From: a virus
Taxonomy: Duplodnaviria; Caudoviricetes
Strand: one strand, 5' to 3'
IMG/VR virus record: IMGVR_UViG_3300045141_000191
Coordinates: 1-59,673 of that record
Length of the DNA stretch: 59,673 nt
Part shown: piece by piece, positions 24,596 through 32,454 of the stretch
How the letters are laid out: each line of letters begins with the position of its first letter
How positions within the stretch are numbered: the first letter of the stretch is position 1
Translations under genes and position numbers: made by a program
Notes under the pieces: generated by a model
The model's database searches: none
Seen by the model: the letters and a program-made list of their open reading frames with translations, nothing else
What the model was told of the DNA's origin: nothing

Positions 24596-24877
24596 ATGAG
24601 CACGAAAAGCCGATTCAATACGGTCCACCGCGACGGCGTCGAGTGGGAGGTCGCCTTCCGCTACGAGGGCCGCCACCACCCGGCGACGCGGCTCGACCCG
24701 GAGGAGTGGCCCGACCCGGTGCCGGTCGCGGCCATGCGGGACGGCGTCGAGGTGGCGGTGTCGACCGTGCCCGACGCCGTGATCGAGGAAGCCGCGGCGA
24801 TCGACGCCGACCAAGAACCCACCGACGACACGCCCGAACCCGATGACGACGCGCGGCGCGACGCCGCAGGAGAATGA
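24596..24877 (+). CDS. Acidic hypothetical protein
   Basis: GGAGG SD just after the promoter; HHPATRLDPEEWP. Confidence 0.6.
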   Translation: MSTKSRFNTVHRDGVEWEVAFRYEGRHHPATRLDPEEWPDPVPVAAMRDGVEVAVSTVPDAVIEEAAAIDADQEPTDDTPEPDDDARRDAAGE

Positions 24878-24879
24878 AC

Positions 24880-25251
24880 ATGAAACGCGTCCTGATCGCC
24901 CTCCTCTTCGCCGCTCCTGCGCTCGCGCAGACGGCGCAACCGACCCCCCATGCGCAGCGGACGCTGGCCGATGTCGCCCGCGATCGGAAGCTGGGCATCA
25001 AGGGCGCCGCTGGATTCAGCGCCGCCGAGTCGACCGCTCCGCGCGTCCCCTCGCTCGAGGCGGCGTACGACAGCGCCGTCAGCGCGGCGGAGCGACTCCA
25101 GCGGCAGGTCGATGCGTCCCCCGCGTCGGCCCGTGCGGTGTTCTACGACTGCAAGATGCGGTACGGGATGACCGACCGCACGAGCGACTGCATCAACGCC
25201 GCCGCCGCACGACTGGGCGCACGCTTGGAAGCGGCGGCGGTGAAGCCGTGA
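24880..25251 (+). CDS. Small secreted protein
   Basis: Signal peptide MKRVLIALLFAAPALA-Q; one Cys pair. Confidence 0.65.
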   Translation: MKRVLIALLFAAPALAQTAQPTPHAQRTLADVARDRKLGIKGAAGFSAAESTAPRVPSLEAAYDSAVSAAERLQRQVDASPASARAVFYDCKMRYGMTDRTSDCINAAAARLGARLEAAAVKP

Positions 25252-25712
25252 GCGTCGAGATCGTGTACGACCGCGAGAGCGAGCGCGCCGTCCTCGTCTG
25301 CGGGACGACCGACACGGCGTTCGGGCCGATCTTCACGGAGATCGACAAGGGGCACGACTGGAGCGCCGGCGAGGTCGCGGAGAACTTCCTGAAGTGGCTC
25401 CCGATGGACCCGCGCGAGCTCGCGGCCGACGCGCTGGCGGACGCCGCGCACCGGTTCGCCGCCTCGAGGCCCGTCGAGTGCGCGTGGTTCCGGTGCAAGA
25501 AGGTCGCAGCGGCCTACGACTTCCACGGCGTGCCGAACAAGGCGCACTCGAGGGACACGCGGGAGCCCTCGCACTGCTCCGACGACTGCGCCAGCGCCCA
25601 CGGCGAGGACTCCTACGACCGGACCGTCGCGGACTTCTACGGCGCCTCGACGCCGCAGACGGACGCGGAACGCTCGAGCGCGGCCGCGCGCGTCAAGAAG
25701 GATCACGAATGA
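25248..25712 (+). CDS. Hypothetical protein
   Basis: GTGA overlap; CGTTDTAFGPIF; C-terminal Cys cluster. Confidence 0.6.
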   Translation: MSVEIVYDRESERAVLVCGTTDTAFGPIFTEIDKGHDWSAGEVAENFLKWLPMDPRELAADALADAAHRFAASRPVECAWFRCKKVAAAYDFHGVPNKAHSRDTREPSHCSDDCASAHGEDSYDRTVADFYGASTPQTDAERSSAAARVKKDHE

Positions 25713-25975
25713 GCCAGCGCCTTCTGACCGTGACCTTCACGGAGGCCGAAGCGCGAGAACTGATCGCCGTCGCCACGAACGGCTACGGGGACGGCGAGTA
25801 TTACCAGAACCCGGATGGAACCGACAGCGGGCGAGGCACCGGCAAGGCTGGCCACGACGCGTTCGGTCGCGCCACCGCGAAGCTGAACGCGGCCCTCGAG
25901 CCCTCACCGAGATGCCCGCGTTGCCTGACGCTGGGCGGATGTCTATGCGTCAGCAAGAAGAAAGGGACCGCATGA
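25709..25975 (+). CDS. Hypothetical protein
   Basis: ATGA overlaps on both sides. Confidence 0.55.
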   Translation: MSQRLLTVTFTEAEARELIAVATNGYGDGEYYQNPDGTDSGRGTGKAGHDAFGRATAKLNAALEPSPRCPRCLTLGGCLCVSKKKGTA

Positions 25976-26394
25976 GAACGCATCTCCTCGCCGCCCTCCT
26001 CGTCATCGCCGCCACCTCGCGCAAGCCGCAGGGCGCGATCGGTTCCATGCCGAACCCGCCGTGCGGCGTGGGCCTCGTGGGCGTCCCGTACCCGCTGGAC
26101 GCCGGCATCACGACGGAGGCGGGCTGGCGCTGCGTCGTGCCGCCCGTCGCGTGCCCCGCGTTCACGGAGTACCGCGAGCAGCCCTTCTTGGGGACGGTCC
26201 TCCGGTTCTGCACGCCCACGGAGGGCTTCTTCGGGGCGACCGTGGCCCCGACGCCGACCGCCACCCCGACGCCCTGGCCGACGCCCGCGAGCGGCCCAGC
26301 GGCCACGCCAGCGCCCGCCACGGCCCCCACGGCGACCCCCACGCCGGGCCTCCGACAGGTTCCCTACGTGCCGACGAGGCGAATTGCCCCGTAA
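25972..26394 (+). CDS. Secreted Cys-containing protein with Pro/Thr tail
   Basis: MRTHLLAALLVIAA leader; 4 Cys; PTPTATPTP repeats. Confidence 0.6.
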   Translation: MRTHLLAALLVIAATSRKPQGAIGSMPNPPCGVGLVGVPYPLDAGITTEAGWRCVVPPVACPAFTEYREQPFLGTVLRFCTPTEGFFGATVAPTPTATPTPWPTPASGPAATPAPATAPTATPTPGLRQVPYVPTRRIAP

Positions 26395-26435
26395 CCCGCG
26401 AATCTGCAACGCTTACGGGCCATGTCGCTTTTCCC

Positions 26436-26464
26436 TTGCGCAAGCGCTTGTGTTGGCCTATATT
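26436..26464 (+). promoter_or_regulatory. Sigma70-like promoter with GCAAGCGCTTG operator; probably gives a leaderless mRNA
   Basis: TTGCGC-N17-TATATT; GTG start 7 nt downstream with no SD. Confidence 0.7.
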
Positions 26465-26471
26465 GATTCCT

Positions 26472-26768
26472 GTGAACGACACCACGACCCACCCCGCCCC
26501 GACCCCCACCGCCGTTGCCGAACGCTGCAGCGACGCCTACTCCGCCGACCGCTTCTCCTCTTGGACCGCGTGCGCGAAGGTCTGCCTCGCCCGTGGCTAC
26601 TCCGTGTGGGAGACGGAGGACATCCTCCGGTCCAAGATGACGCGGTGGGCGGCAGACGCCTCCGACGCTCGCTATGGCCGTGTGCCCGCGAAGGCGCTCG
26701 CCACCTACCTCGACAGACTGGGACGCGACAAGGTCGCCACGATGCTTGAGTGGTCGGTGCGGTCGTGA
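26472..26768 (+). CDS. Hypothetical protein
   Basis: GTG start after the promoter; ILRSKMTRWAAD. Confidence 0.6.
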   Translation: MNDTTTHPAPTPTAVAERCSDAYSADRFSSWTACAKVCLARGYSVWETEDILRSKMTRWAADASDARYGRVPAKALATYLDRLGRDKVATMLEWSVRS

Positions 26769-26971
26769 GCGACGCCACCCGCTCCGGTGCGCCGCTCGCG
26801 CCGACCGCCGCCCCCGCCATCGGGGATGTGCTGACCGTCGAGGGGACGCCCTACACGCTCACCGCGATCCTCTCAGCGGGTCGCACCTCCGACACGCGCT
26901 ACTACAAGTTCACCTCACCCACGGGCGACACGATCCACATCACGCCCAACAAGAAGGAGACGATCTCATGA
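26765..26971 (+). CDS. Hypothetical protein
   Basis: Coupled overlaps. Confidence 0.5.
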   Translation: MSDATRSGAPLAPTAAPAIGDVLTVEGTPYTLTAILSAGRTSDTRYYKFTSPTGDTIHITPNKKETIS

Positions 26972-27456
26972 CGACTTTCAATTTCGACCGCAACGGTGCC
27001 AAGTCCCTCCGCATGGCGCTCGACGCGCACCTCGCCGCCCTCTCCGCTGAGATGGGCCTCACGATCAAGGTCACGGGCGCGATCGTGTTCGACGAGCGTG
27101 GCAAGGAGATCAAGTTCAAGGTCAGCGCCACGGCGGGCGAAGAGTCGGACCGTGCCAAGTTCGCCATCCTCGCGCCGCTCTACGGCCTCGACGCGGAGGA
27201 CTTCGGCAAGCCGATCAAGGGCGACACCGTCAGCGGCATCACGAACACGGGGCGCCTCATGGTGGCGCGTGGCACGGAGACGCGCCTCTACCCCGTCAAG
27301 GCGCTCCCCTCGCTCGTCCTCATGCTCCATCCCGGCGACGCGAAGCGCGCACGCACGGCACGCATCGCCACGGGTCACGCGACCGCAGCGGACTACGCCG
27401 CCCCCTCGACCTCGACGCTCACGGAAGTCCCCGCCCCGTTCACGAAGGAGGCGTAA
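26968..27456 (+). CDS. Hypothetical protein
   Basis: AAGGAG SD; MTTFNFDR; YGLDAEDFGK. Confidence 0.65.
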   Translation: MTTFNFDRNGAKSLRMALDAHLAALSAEMGLTIKVTGAIVFDERGKEIKFKVSATAGEESDRAKFAILAPLYGLDAEDFGKPIKGDTVSGITNTGRLMVARGTETRLYPVKALPSLVLMLHPGDAKRARTARIATGHATAADYAAPSTSTLTEVPAPFTKEA

Positions 27457-27457
27457 C

Positions 27458-27694
27458 GTGCACGACCCGAACTACGAGGCGAACCACGCGAGACTGACGG
27501 CGGCGTTCAACCTCGTCGCGAACCGCAAGAACTGGAAGATGCCAGTGAACAAGACGGTCGCCGCGACGGCGAACCGCGAGGAGATCAGCGAGGCCGTCGT
27601 CTACTTCACGGGGTCCGTCCCGTCCTTTGAACCGCTCCCGAACGGGCGCGTCCGCGTGCGCGCTCGCGGGTACTACTCCGCGATCGGAGCGTGA
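27458..27694 (+). CDS. Hypothetical conserved phage protein
   Basis: AAGGAGG SD; NWKMPV...AVVYFTGS...VRARGYY. Confidence 0.65.
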   Translation: MHDPNYEANHARLTAAFNLVANRKNWKMPVNKTVAATANREEISEAVVYFTGSVPSFEPLPNGRVRVRARGYYSAIGA

Positions 27695-27698
27695 CGCC

Positions 27699-28208
27699 GT
27701 GACGACCACCACGACCGCGAAGGCGCTCCTCGCGCTTCTCAGGCGGGCAGGGCTCGCGCCCGCCTTCGACCAGACCGGCGGCGGGTGCGGGACGATCTTC
27801 GTCCCGTGCGCTGACGGCCAGCATCAGGTGATGATCGGCCCGTTCAACTACTACGCCGATCGGACACCGGAGGCCGTCGCGGCACTCTCCATCGGCGTCG
27901 AGACGATCGATGAGGGCGACGGCGAGATGGGCGCGTCCTTCCGGTCCGACGCGGAGTTTCTCTACAAGGTGCAGTCGCTCGTGACCTCGCCGCACCCGAT
28001 GGCGCTCAAGGCCGACGACCTCGACGCCGCGTACCTCGCGAACTTCGGGATGCCGAAGGCGGCGCAACCGGCGACGGAGAAGGAGCGGGAACTTTTCGAC
28101 CTCCTCCACAAGATCCGCAGCGGTGGGTTCGACACGGTCCTCGATGAGGATGTCCACGGCGAGATCCTCGCGGCCATCGACCACGCCCTCCACGGGTGGA
28201 CGCCGTGA
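27699..28208 (+). CDS. Hypothetical protein
   Basis: QTGGGC motif; codon bias. Confidence 0.6.
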   Translation: MTTTTTAKALLALLRRAGLAPAFDQTGGGCGTIFVPCADGQHQVMIGPFNYYADRTPEAVAALSIGVETIDEGDGEMGASFRSDAEFLYKVQSLVTSPHPMALKADDLDAAYLANFGMPKAAQPATEKERELFDLLHKIRSGGFDTVLDEDVHGEILAAIDHALHGWTP

Positions 28209-28480
28209 GCGTGAACCCCCAGCACCTCCGCTACGTGCACGAAACCCTGGACCCGCTCATCGGGGCCACCGTCGTCGGCGTCGCCGTCGAGCCGATGGGG
28301 CCGCACGACGTGGACGCCGCCCCCGTCCTGATCTTCCAGTGCCCGAACGGCCAGCGCGTGCACCTCGCCGCCTGGCGCGACGACGAGGGCAACGGCGGCG
28401 GCGCGCTCGTCGTCACGAAAGCCACGAAACCACGAAAAACGAACGCGGCCGGCGTTTCCGGCCAGAAGGAGCACCCATGA
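28205..28480 (+). CDS. Hypothetical protein
   Basis: LIGATVVGV...RDDEGNGGGAL. Confidence 0.6.
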   Translation: MSVNPQHLRYVHETLDPLIGATVVGVAVEPMGPHDVDAAPVLIFQCPNGQRVHLAAWRDDEGNGGGALVVTKATKPRKTNAAGVSGQKEHP

Positions 28481-28490
28481 GCAGCCGGGC

Positions 28491-28820
28491 ATGAGCCGCC
28501 TCCGCGTCGACACGCGCAAGGGCGACACGGCCGGAGGCGTCACCTTCACGATGCTCGAGCGGCCACGCGGCCGCGCTGAGGTCGCCGTGAAGGATCGCAA
28601 GCTGATGGTCGACGGCGTCGCCTCGCTCACGATCCAGCGCGGGTCGTACCGCTACGGCGACGAACTTCAGGCCCAGCTCTACACGCGGGAACCGCACCGA
28701 GTGGAGGGGCGGAAGTCGGACGGCTGGTCGCGGATTGTCGTCTACCTCGGCCCGCTCGACCTGGCCCTCGCGGAGGGTCTGGAGGAGCTCGCGCAGAACA
28801 TCCGGGCGGGTCTCAAGTGA
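28491..28820 (+). CDS. Hypothetical protein
   Basis: 109 aa; stop overlaps the SLOG start. Confidence 0.55.
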   Translation: MSRLRVDTRKGDTAGGVTFTMLERPRGRAEVAVKDRKLMVDGVASLTIQRGSYRYGDELQAQLYTREPHRVEGRKSDGWSRIVVYLGPLDLALAEGLEELAQNIRAGLK

Positions 28821-29152
28821 AGATCGCCGTCACGGGCGGCCGCACGTACACGGACGAGGCGATGGTGCGCCGTGCGCTCGAACTGTTCCGGGACGTCACG
28901 CTCCTCGTGGGCGACGCCGCTGGCGCGGACGCGCTGGCCAGGGCGTACGGCAAGAGCGCGGGCTGGGATATCGAGGTGTTCGTCGCGGAGTGGGACGTCT
29001 ACGGCCCCTCCGCCGGACCGCTCCGCAACGCGGAGATCCTGAAGTGGGAACCGGACGTCCTCCTGGCCTTTCCAGGCGGCTCCGGGACGGCTAACATGAT
29101 CGAACAGGCGCGCCGCGCTGGCGTGCTAACCTTCTTCGTAGGAAAGAGATGA
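28817..29152 (+). CDS. SLOG-superfamily protein (YspA/DUF2493-like)
   Basis: IAVTGGR, GDAAGADALA, AEWDVYGPSAGPLRN, AFPGGSGTANMI. Confidence 0.85.
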   Translation: MKIAVTGGRTYTDEAMVRRALELFRDVTLLVGDAAGADALARAYGKSAGWDIEVFVAEWDVYGPSAGPLRNAEILKWEPDVLLAFPGGSGTANMIEQARRAGVLTFFVGKR

Positions 29153-29328
29153 CCATGACGGACGAGACGAAAAACAAGGCCGCCGTAGCGCTTGGCCGCC
29201 GCGGTGGAACCGCTGGCCGTGGAGCCGCGAAGCGCCGGGCGCCTGAGCACTACCGGGCGATGCAGAAAAAGAGCGTCCAGGCGGCGAAGATCCGCCGCGA
29301 ACTGGAAGCCGAGCCGCCGAAGCCCTAA
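29149..29328 (+). CDS. Small basic protein with KGG-like motif
   Basis: Not in the ORF track (59 aa); MTMTDETKNKAAVALGRRGGTAGRGAAKRRAPEHYRAMQKKS; ATGA overlap. Confidence 0.6.
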   Translation: MTMTDETKNKAAVALGRRGGTAGRGAAKRRAPEHYRAMQKKSVQAAKIRRELEAEPPKP

Positions 29329-29678
29329 GCGGCGTCCGGCCAGAGGGTGGCGAGCGCCGCGACGACTGCGGCGCCGCCCCACACCGCGAGCACCGAGAGC
29401 AGCAGCGAGTGATCGGCCACGTCCAGCGGCCCGTAGAGCGCCACGGTGACGCACGCGAACCAGAAGGCGACGCAGAACGAGCAGCGGACGCCCGTCTGGA
29501 GTCGCTCCGGGAGGGCCGCGCGCGCCCACTCGAGGATCGACGCCCGCGAGACGAGGAGCGCCAGGGCCCCCGTCGCGGAGCTCAGCGCAACGAAAAGCAG
29601 CAGGGCTTCCTCCTGGCGGCGGCGTCCGCTGGCCGCGCACCGATCGGGACGAGCCGCGTGGCGCAACCGGTCGGGCAC
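29325..29678 (-). CDS. Membrane protein, DUF1360-like (start uncertain)
   Basis: Three hydrophobic segments with CSFCVAFW. Confidence 0.55.
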   Translation of the reverse strand: MPDRLRHAARPDRCAASGRRRQEEALLLFVALSSATGALALLVSRASILEWARAALPERLQTGVRCSFCVAFWFACVTVALYGPLDVADHSLLLSVLAVWGGAAVVAALATLWPDAA

Positions 29679-29782
29679 GCGGGCGCCTCAGCGGCCGCCG
29701 ACGCCGCGTAGGCCCGTTTCCGGCCGCACCGGGGGCACCGCCCGATGGTGAGGACGCGGGCGACGGGCGGCCCTGAGCTCAT
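29582..29782 (-). CDS. Small Zn-ribbon protein
   Basis: ATGA overlap; CPRC...CPTGC. Confidence 0.4.
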   Translation of the reverse strand: MSSGPPVARVLTIGRCPRCGRKRAYAASAAAEAPACPTGCATRLVPIGARPADAAARRKPCCFSLR

Positions 29783-31290
29783 GCCGCCTTCGCGATCGGG
29801 TAGACGACCAGATCGACCTCGATCATCGTCGCCGCCGGCGTCGTGTCGCTCGAGAGCGCCCCGAGGAACGTGTCGGCGGCTCCGACCGTGACGTTCGGGT
29901 ATCCCTCCGCCGCGACCTGGCCGGCGACGATGGCGGGCCGGAACGTGGCGGGGCAGATCGAGGCGCCAGCGGAGGTCTTGGGGTTGAACTCCGTCGTCCC
30001 GGAGCCCGCCACGGCGGCCCCGAGGCGGGCGTAGACCCGGTCGATGTTCCAGAACGAGGGCATGGCCGTGGCGTCGAAGTTCGTCGTCCCGGAGGCGGCC
30101 ACCATCGACTTGAGGCGCACGAGCATGGCCCCCGGCTCGAAGAACGTCCGGAGGTCAACGATCGCCGTGACGGTCGAGGCGCCCGCGGTCGCCTTGCAGA
30201 GCGGGAGCGCGCCGGCGTAGGGCTGGGCCGCCGTGGTCGTGACGGTGAAGGCGCCAGAGCCGCCGATCCAGATCCAGTTGTCGATGCTGGCCGTGACGGC
30301 GACGGTAGAGGCGGCCCGGTTCACGACCAGGCCGTCGGCGGCGAACGCCCGGAACGCCGCGATGTTGACCGTGAGCCCGGTGCCGATCGAGGGCTTGCCG
30401 CGGCCCGAGACGGCGACGACCACGATGTCGTTCTGGAGGATCACGGAGGCGCCCGCGTGGAAGTGCACGGTGACGACCGCGATGGCGAGGTTCCCCGCGG
30501 GGACGGCCGGCGCGATCGAGACGCCCGTGGCGGCCGCGACGCCCTTCGTCACGGTGGCCGCCAGGTCAGCCGTTCCGGAGCCCGGAGCCTGCGAGATGAC
30601 CGCCTTGTATTCCTTGCCGCTGACGAGCGCCGCCGCCGCGCCGTCCGTCTGGTTCAGCGTGAGGTCGTCCGTGGCGCATGTCCGGAGCGAGATCCCGCTG
30701 GCCAGGTACCAGCGCCGGGCGACGTGGACGAGCGCGTCAGGCGTCCCGCTGGCGAGGACCGTAGGGGCGTCGATCCACTCGGTGAGCGCCCGGTCGCCGA
30801 CCCCCGTCAGAATACCGCTCCCGAGGAACTGCATACCGGGCGCGAGGGCGAAAGCCGTGTCGTTGTAGACGGTGGCCAACCGAAAAGGGACCGTCTCGGT
30901 CGCGACGCCGTCCTTCATCGGCGGGTGCAGGCGCATCTCGAGGAAGTAGGCACAGTTGCCGGGGATGTTCGGAGCGAGGAGCGCGGTGCCGCTCCCGACC
31001 TTGACCCAGTCGGTCGTGACGGCCCGGAACTGCGAGGAGTTCGACGGGTTCGAGCCGCCGTTGATCCGCATCTCGACCCAGTGCTCGTCCTGCCAGTTGA
31101 GGCCGCTGGAAGCGCCCGTGCTCGGGTCGAGGAGCTGGAACGAGACGTTGTTGACGATGCCGCCCGGCGTTCCCTTGTTGTACCAGACGTGCAGGATCTG
31201 GACGGGACTCGTGGCGCCCGCAGCGGTGGGGCCGAACGTCAGCCCGGCTGCCGGGGTGACGTCATCTGGCAGGAAATAGTCGAAGCCCAC
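29779..31290 (-). CDS. Minor tail / tail-tip protein
   Basis: GGAGG SD before GTG 31290; Ala/Thr/Gly-rich beta strands; last gene of the tail operon. Confidence 0.65.
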   Translation of the reverse strand: MGFDYFLPDDVTPAAGLTFGPTAAGATSPVQILHVWYNKGTPGGIVNNVSFQLLDPSTGASSGLNWQDEHWVEMRINGGSNPSNSSQFRAVTTDWVKVGSGTALLAPNIPGNCAYFLEMRLHPPMKDGVATETVPFRLATVYNDTAFALAPGMQFLGSGILTGVGDRALTEWIDAPTVLASGTPDALVHVARRWYLASGISLRTCATDDLTLNQTDGAAAALVSGKEYKAVISQAPGSGTADLAATVTKGVAAATGVSIAPAVPAGNLAIAVVTVHFHAGASVILQNDIVVVAVSGRGKPSIGTGLTVNIAAFRAFAADGLVVNRAASTVAVTASIDNWIWIGGSGAFTVTTTAAQPYAGALPLCKATAGASTVTAIVDLRTFFEPGAMLVRLKSMVAASGTTNFDATAMPSFWNIDRVYARLGAAVAGSGTTEFNPKTSAGASICPATFRPAIVAGQVAAEGYPNVTVGAADTFLGALSSDTTPAATMIEVDLVVYPIAKAA

Positions 31291-31300
31291 GGGTGCCTCC

Positions 31301-32452
31301 TCACGGAACGATGGACGTAGCGACGGCGAAGGTCGAGCCGGTGCGCGCATTCAGGACGACGCGCTCCACGATCATCGGCTCGAGCGTTGACGGGTTGACG
31401 CGGATGGCGACCATGCAGCGAGGGTTCGGAGGGGAGCCAGCCGTGCCGTGCGTGCTGAACTCCTCGCCGATCGTGTGGCCGCCGACGGTGACGACGTCGC
31501 TCGTCGTCCAGAGTTGGACGAAGTAGAGGCCCTCTTTGTTGGCCGAGACGGAGAACTGCTGCGGCGTGGCCCAGAGGTGATTCGGGGCGCCGTCGACGGC
31601 GAGCGGCTTGCGCCAGGTCTGCCCGAGACTGAAGTCCTGCCGCGTGACCATCGCGTGCGAGCCGTTCGTGCGTCCCAGCGAGACGTAGGTGCCGCCGGGG
31701 CCGTCGTCGAACGCGGCCTTCGCCTCCATGCAGAGGACGATGCCGCTGTTCTGGGGCGTGCACTCCGTGGCGTCGGTCGCCGTGACGCCGCCGCGGGAGG
31801 CACCACCGAAGAGCGTGTAGGTTCCGGCGCTGGGGAACCCGCCGCCTGACGGGATGACGTATGCCTGCGAGTAGACCGCCGTCTCGCCAGGCGGCGTCCC
31901 TCCCGGCTGGCCCGACACCGTGCGGAACGCCGTCGGCGTCGAGAGCTTGTCCATCCGGATGATGCTCTTCTCGCCTGTCGGCCCGATGACGGCGTTGTAG
32001 CTGAACTCGTTGTTCAGCCACGCCGGCGTCGCGCCGTCGTAGAGGAACGTGCCGTCGGGGTCGTAGACGTTCCCCATGTTGTCGACGAAGCGGCGGAGCA
32101 TCCGGAGCCGCCGCGCCTCCTGCTCGCACGGGGAGAGGACCGTGCGGTCGATCGTGCCGAGGCCCTGGGTGCCGACGAACGGGCGCCCGACGTAGGCCGT
32201 GAAGACGCTGCGGGTCTGGGGGTTGATGAGAACGAGCGGCCCGTTCGGGTCGCCGTTACAGGCCGTGCCGTCGAGCGCGTTGATGTTCGGCTGGCCGTCG
32301 CAGCCGATCTGCATCGTTGCGGGTCGGATCTCCAGGCCGCGGGCGTTCTCGGTCTGGATGATCTTGAGCATCTCGGCGGCGAGGTCGCGCGCCACCGGGA
32401 CGGGCGACGGCGGCGTGCCCATGCTCGAGACGGGGCCGATCAGGAGCGGCAT
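31301..32452 (-). CDS. Minor tail protein
   Basis: Real start MPLLIGP at 32452; the upstream part of the track ORF is an off-frame shadow of the previous gene. Confidence 0.6.
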   Translation of the reverse strand: MPLLIGPVSSMGTPPSPVPVARDLAAEMLKIIQTENARGLEIRPATMQIGCDGQPNINALDGTACNGDPNGPLVLINPQTRSVFTAYVGRPFVGTQGLGTIDRTVLSPCEQEARRLRMLRRFVDNMGNVYDPDGTFLYDGATPAWLNNEFSYNAVIGPTGEKSIIRMDKLSTPTAFRTVSGQPGGTPPGETAVYSQAYVIPSGGGFPSAGTYTLFGGASRGGVTATDATECTPQNSGIVLCMEAKAAFDDGPGGTYVSLGRTNGSHAMVTRQDFSLGQTWRKPLAVDGAPNHLWATPQQFSVSANKEGLYFVQLWTTSDVVTVGGHTIGEEFSTHGTAGSPPNPRCMVAIRVNPSTLEPMIVERVVLNARTGSTFAVATSIVP

Positions 32453-32454
32453 GG

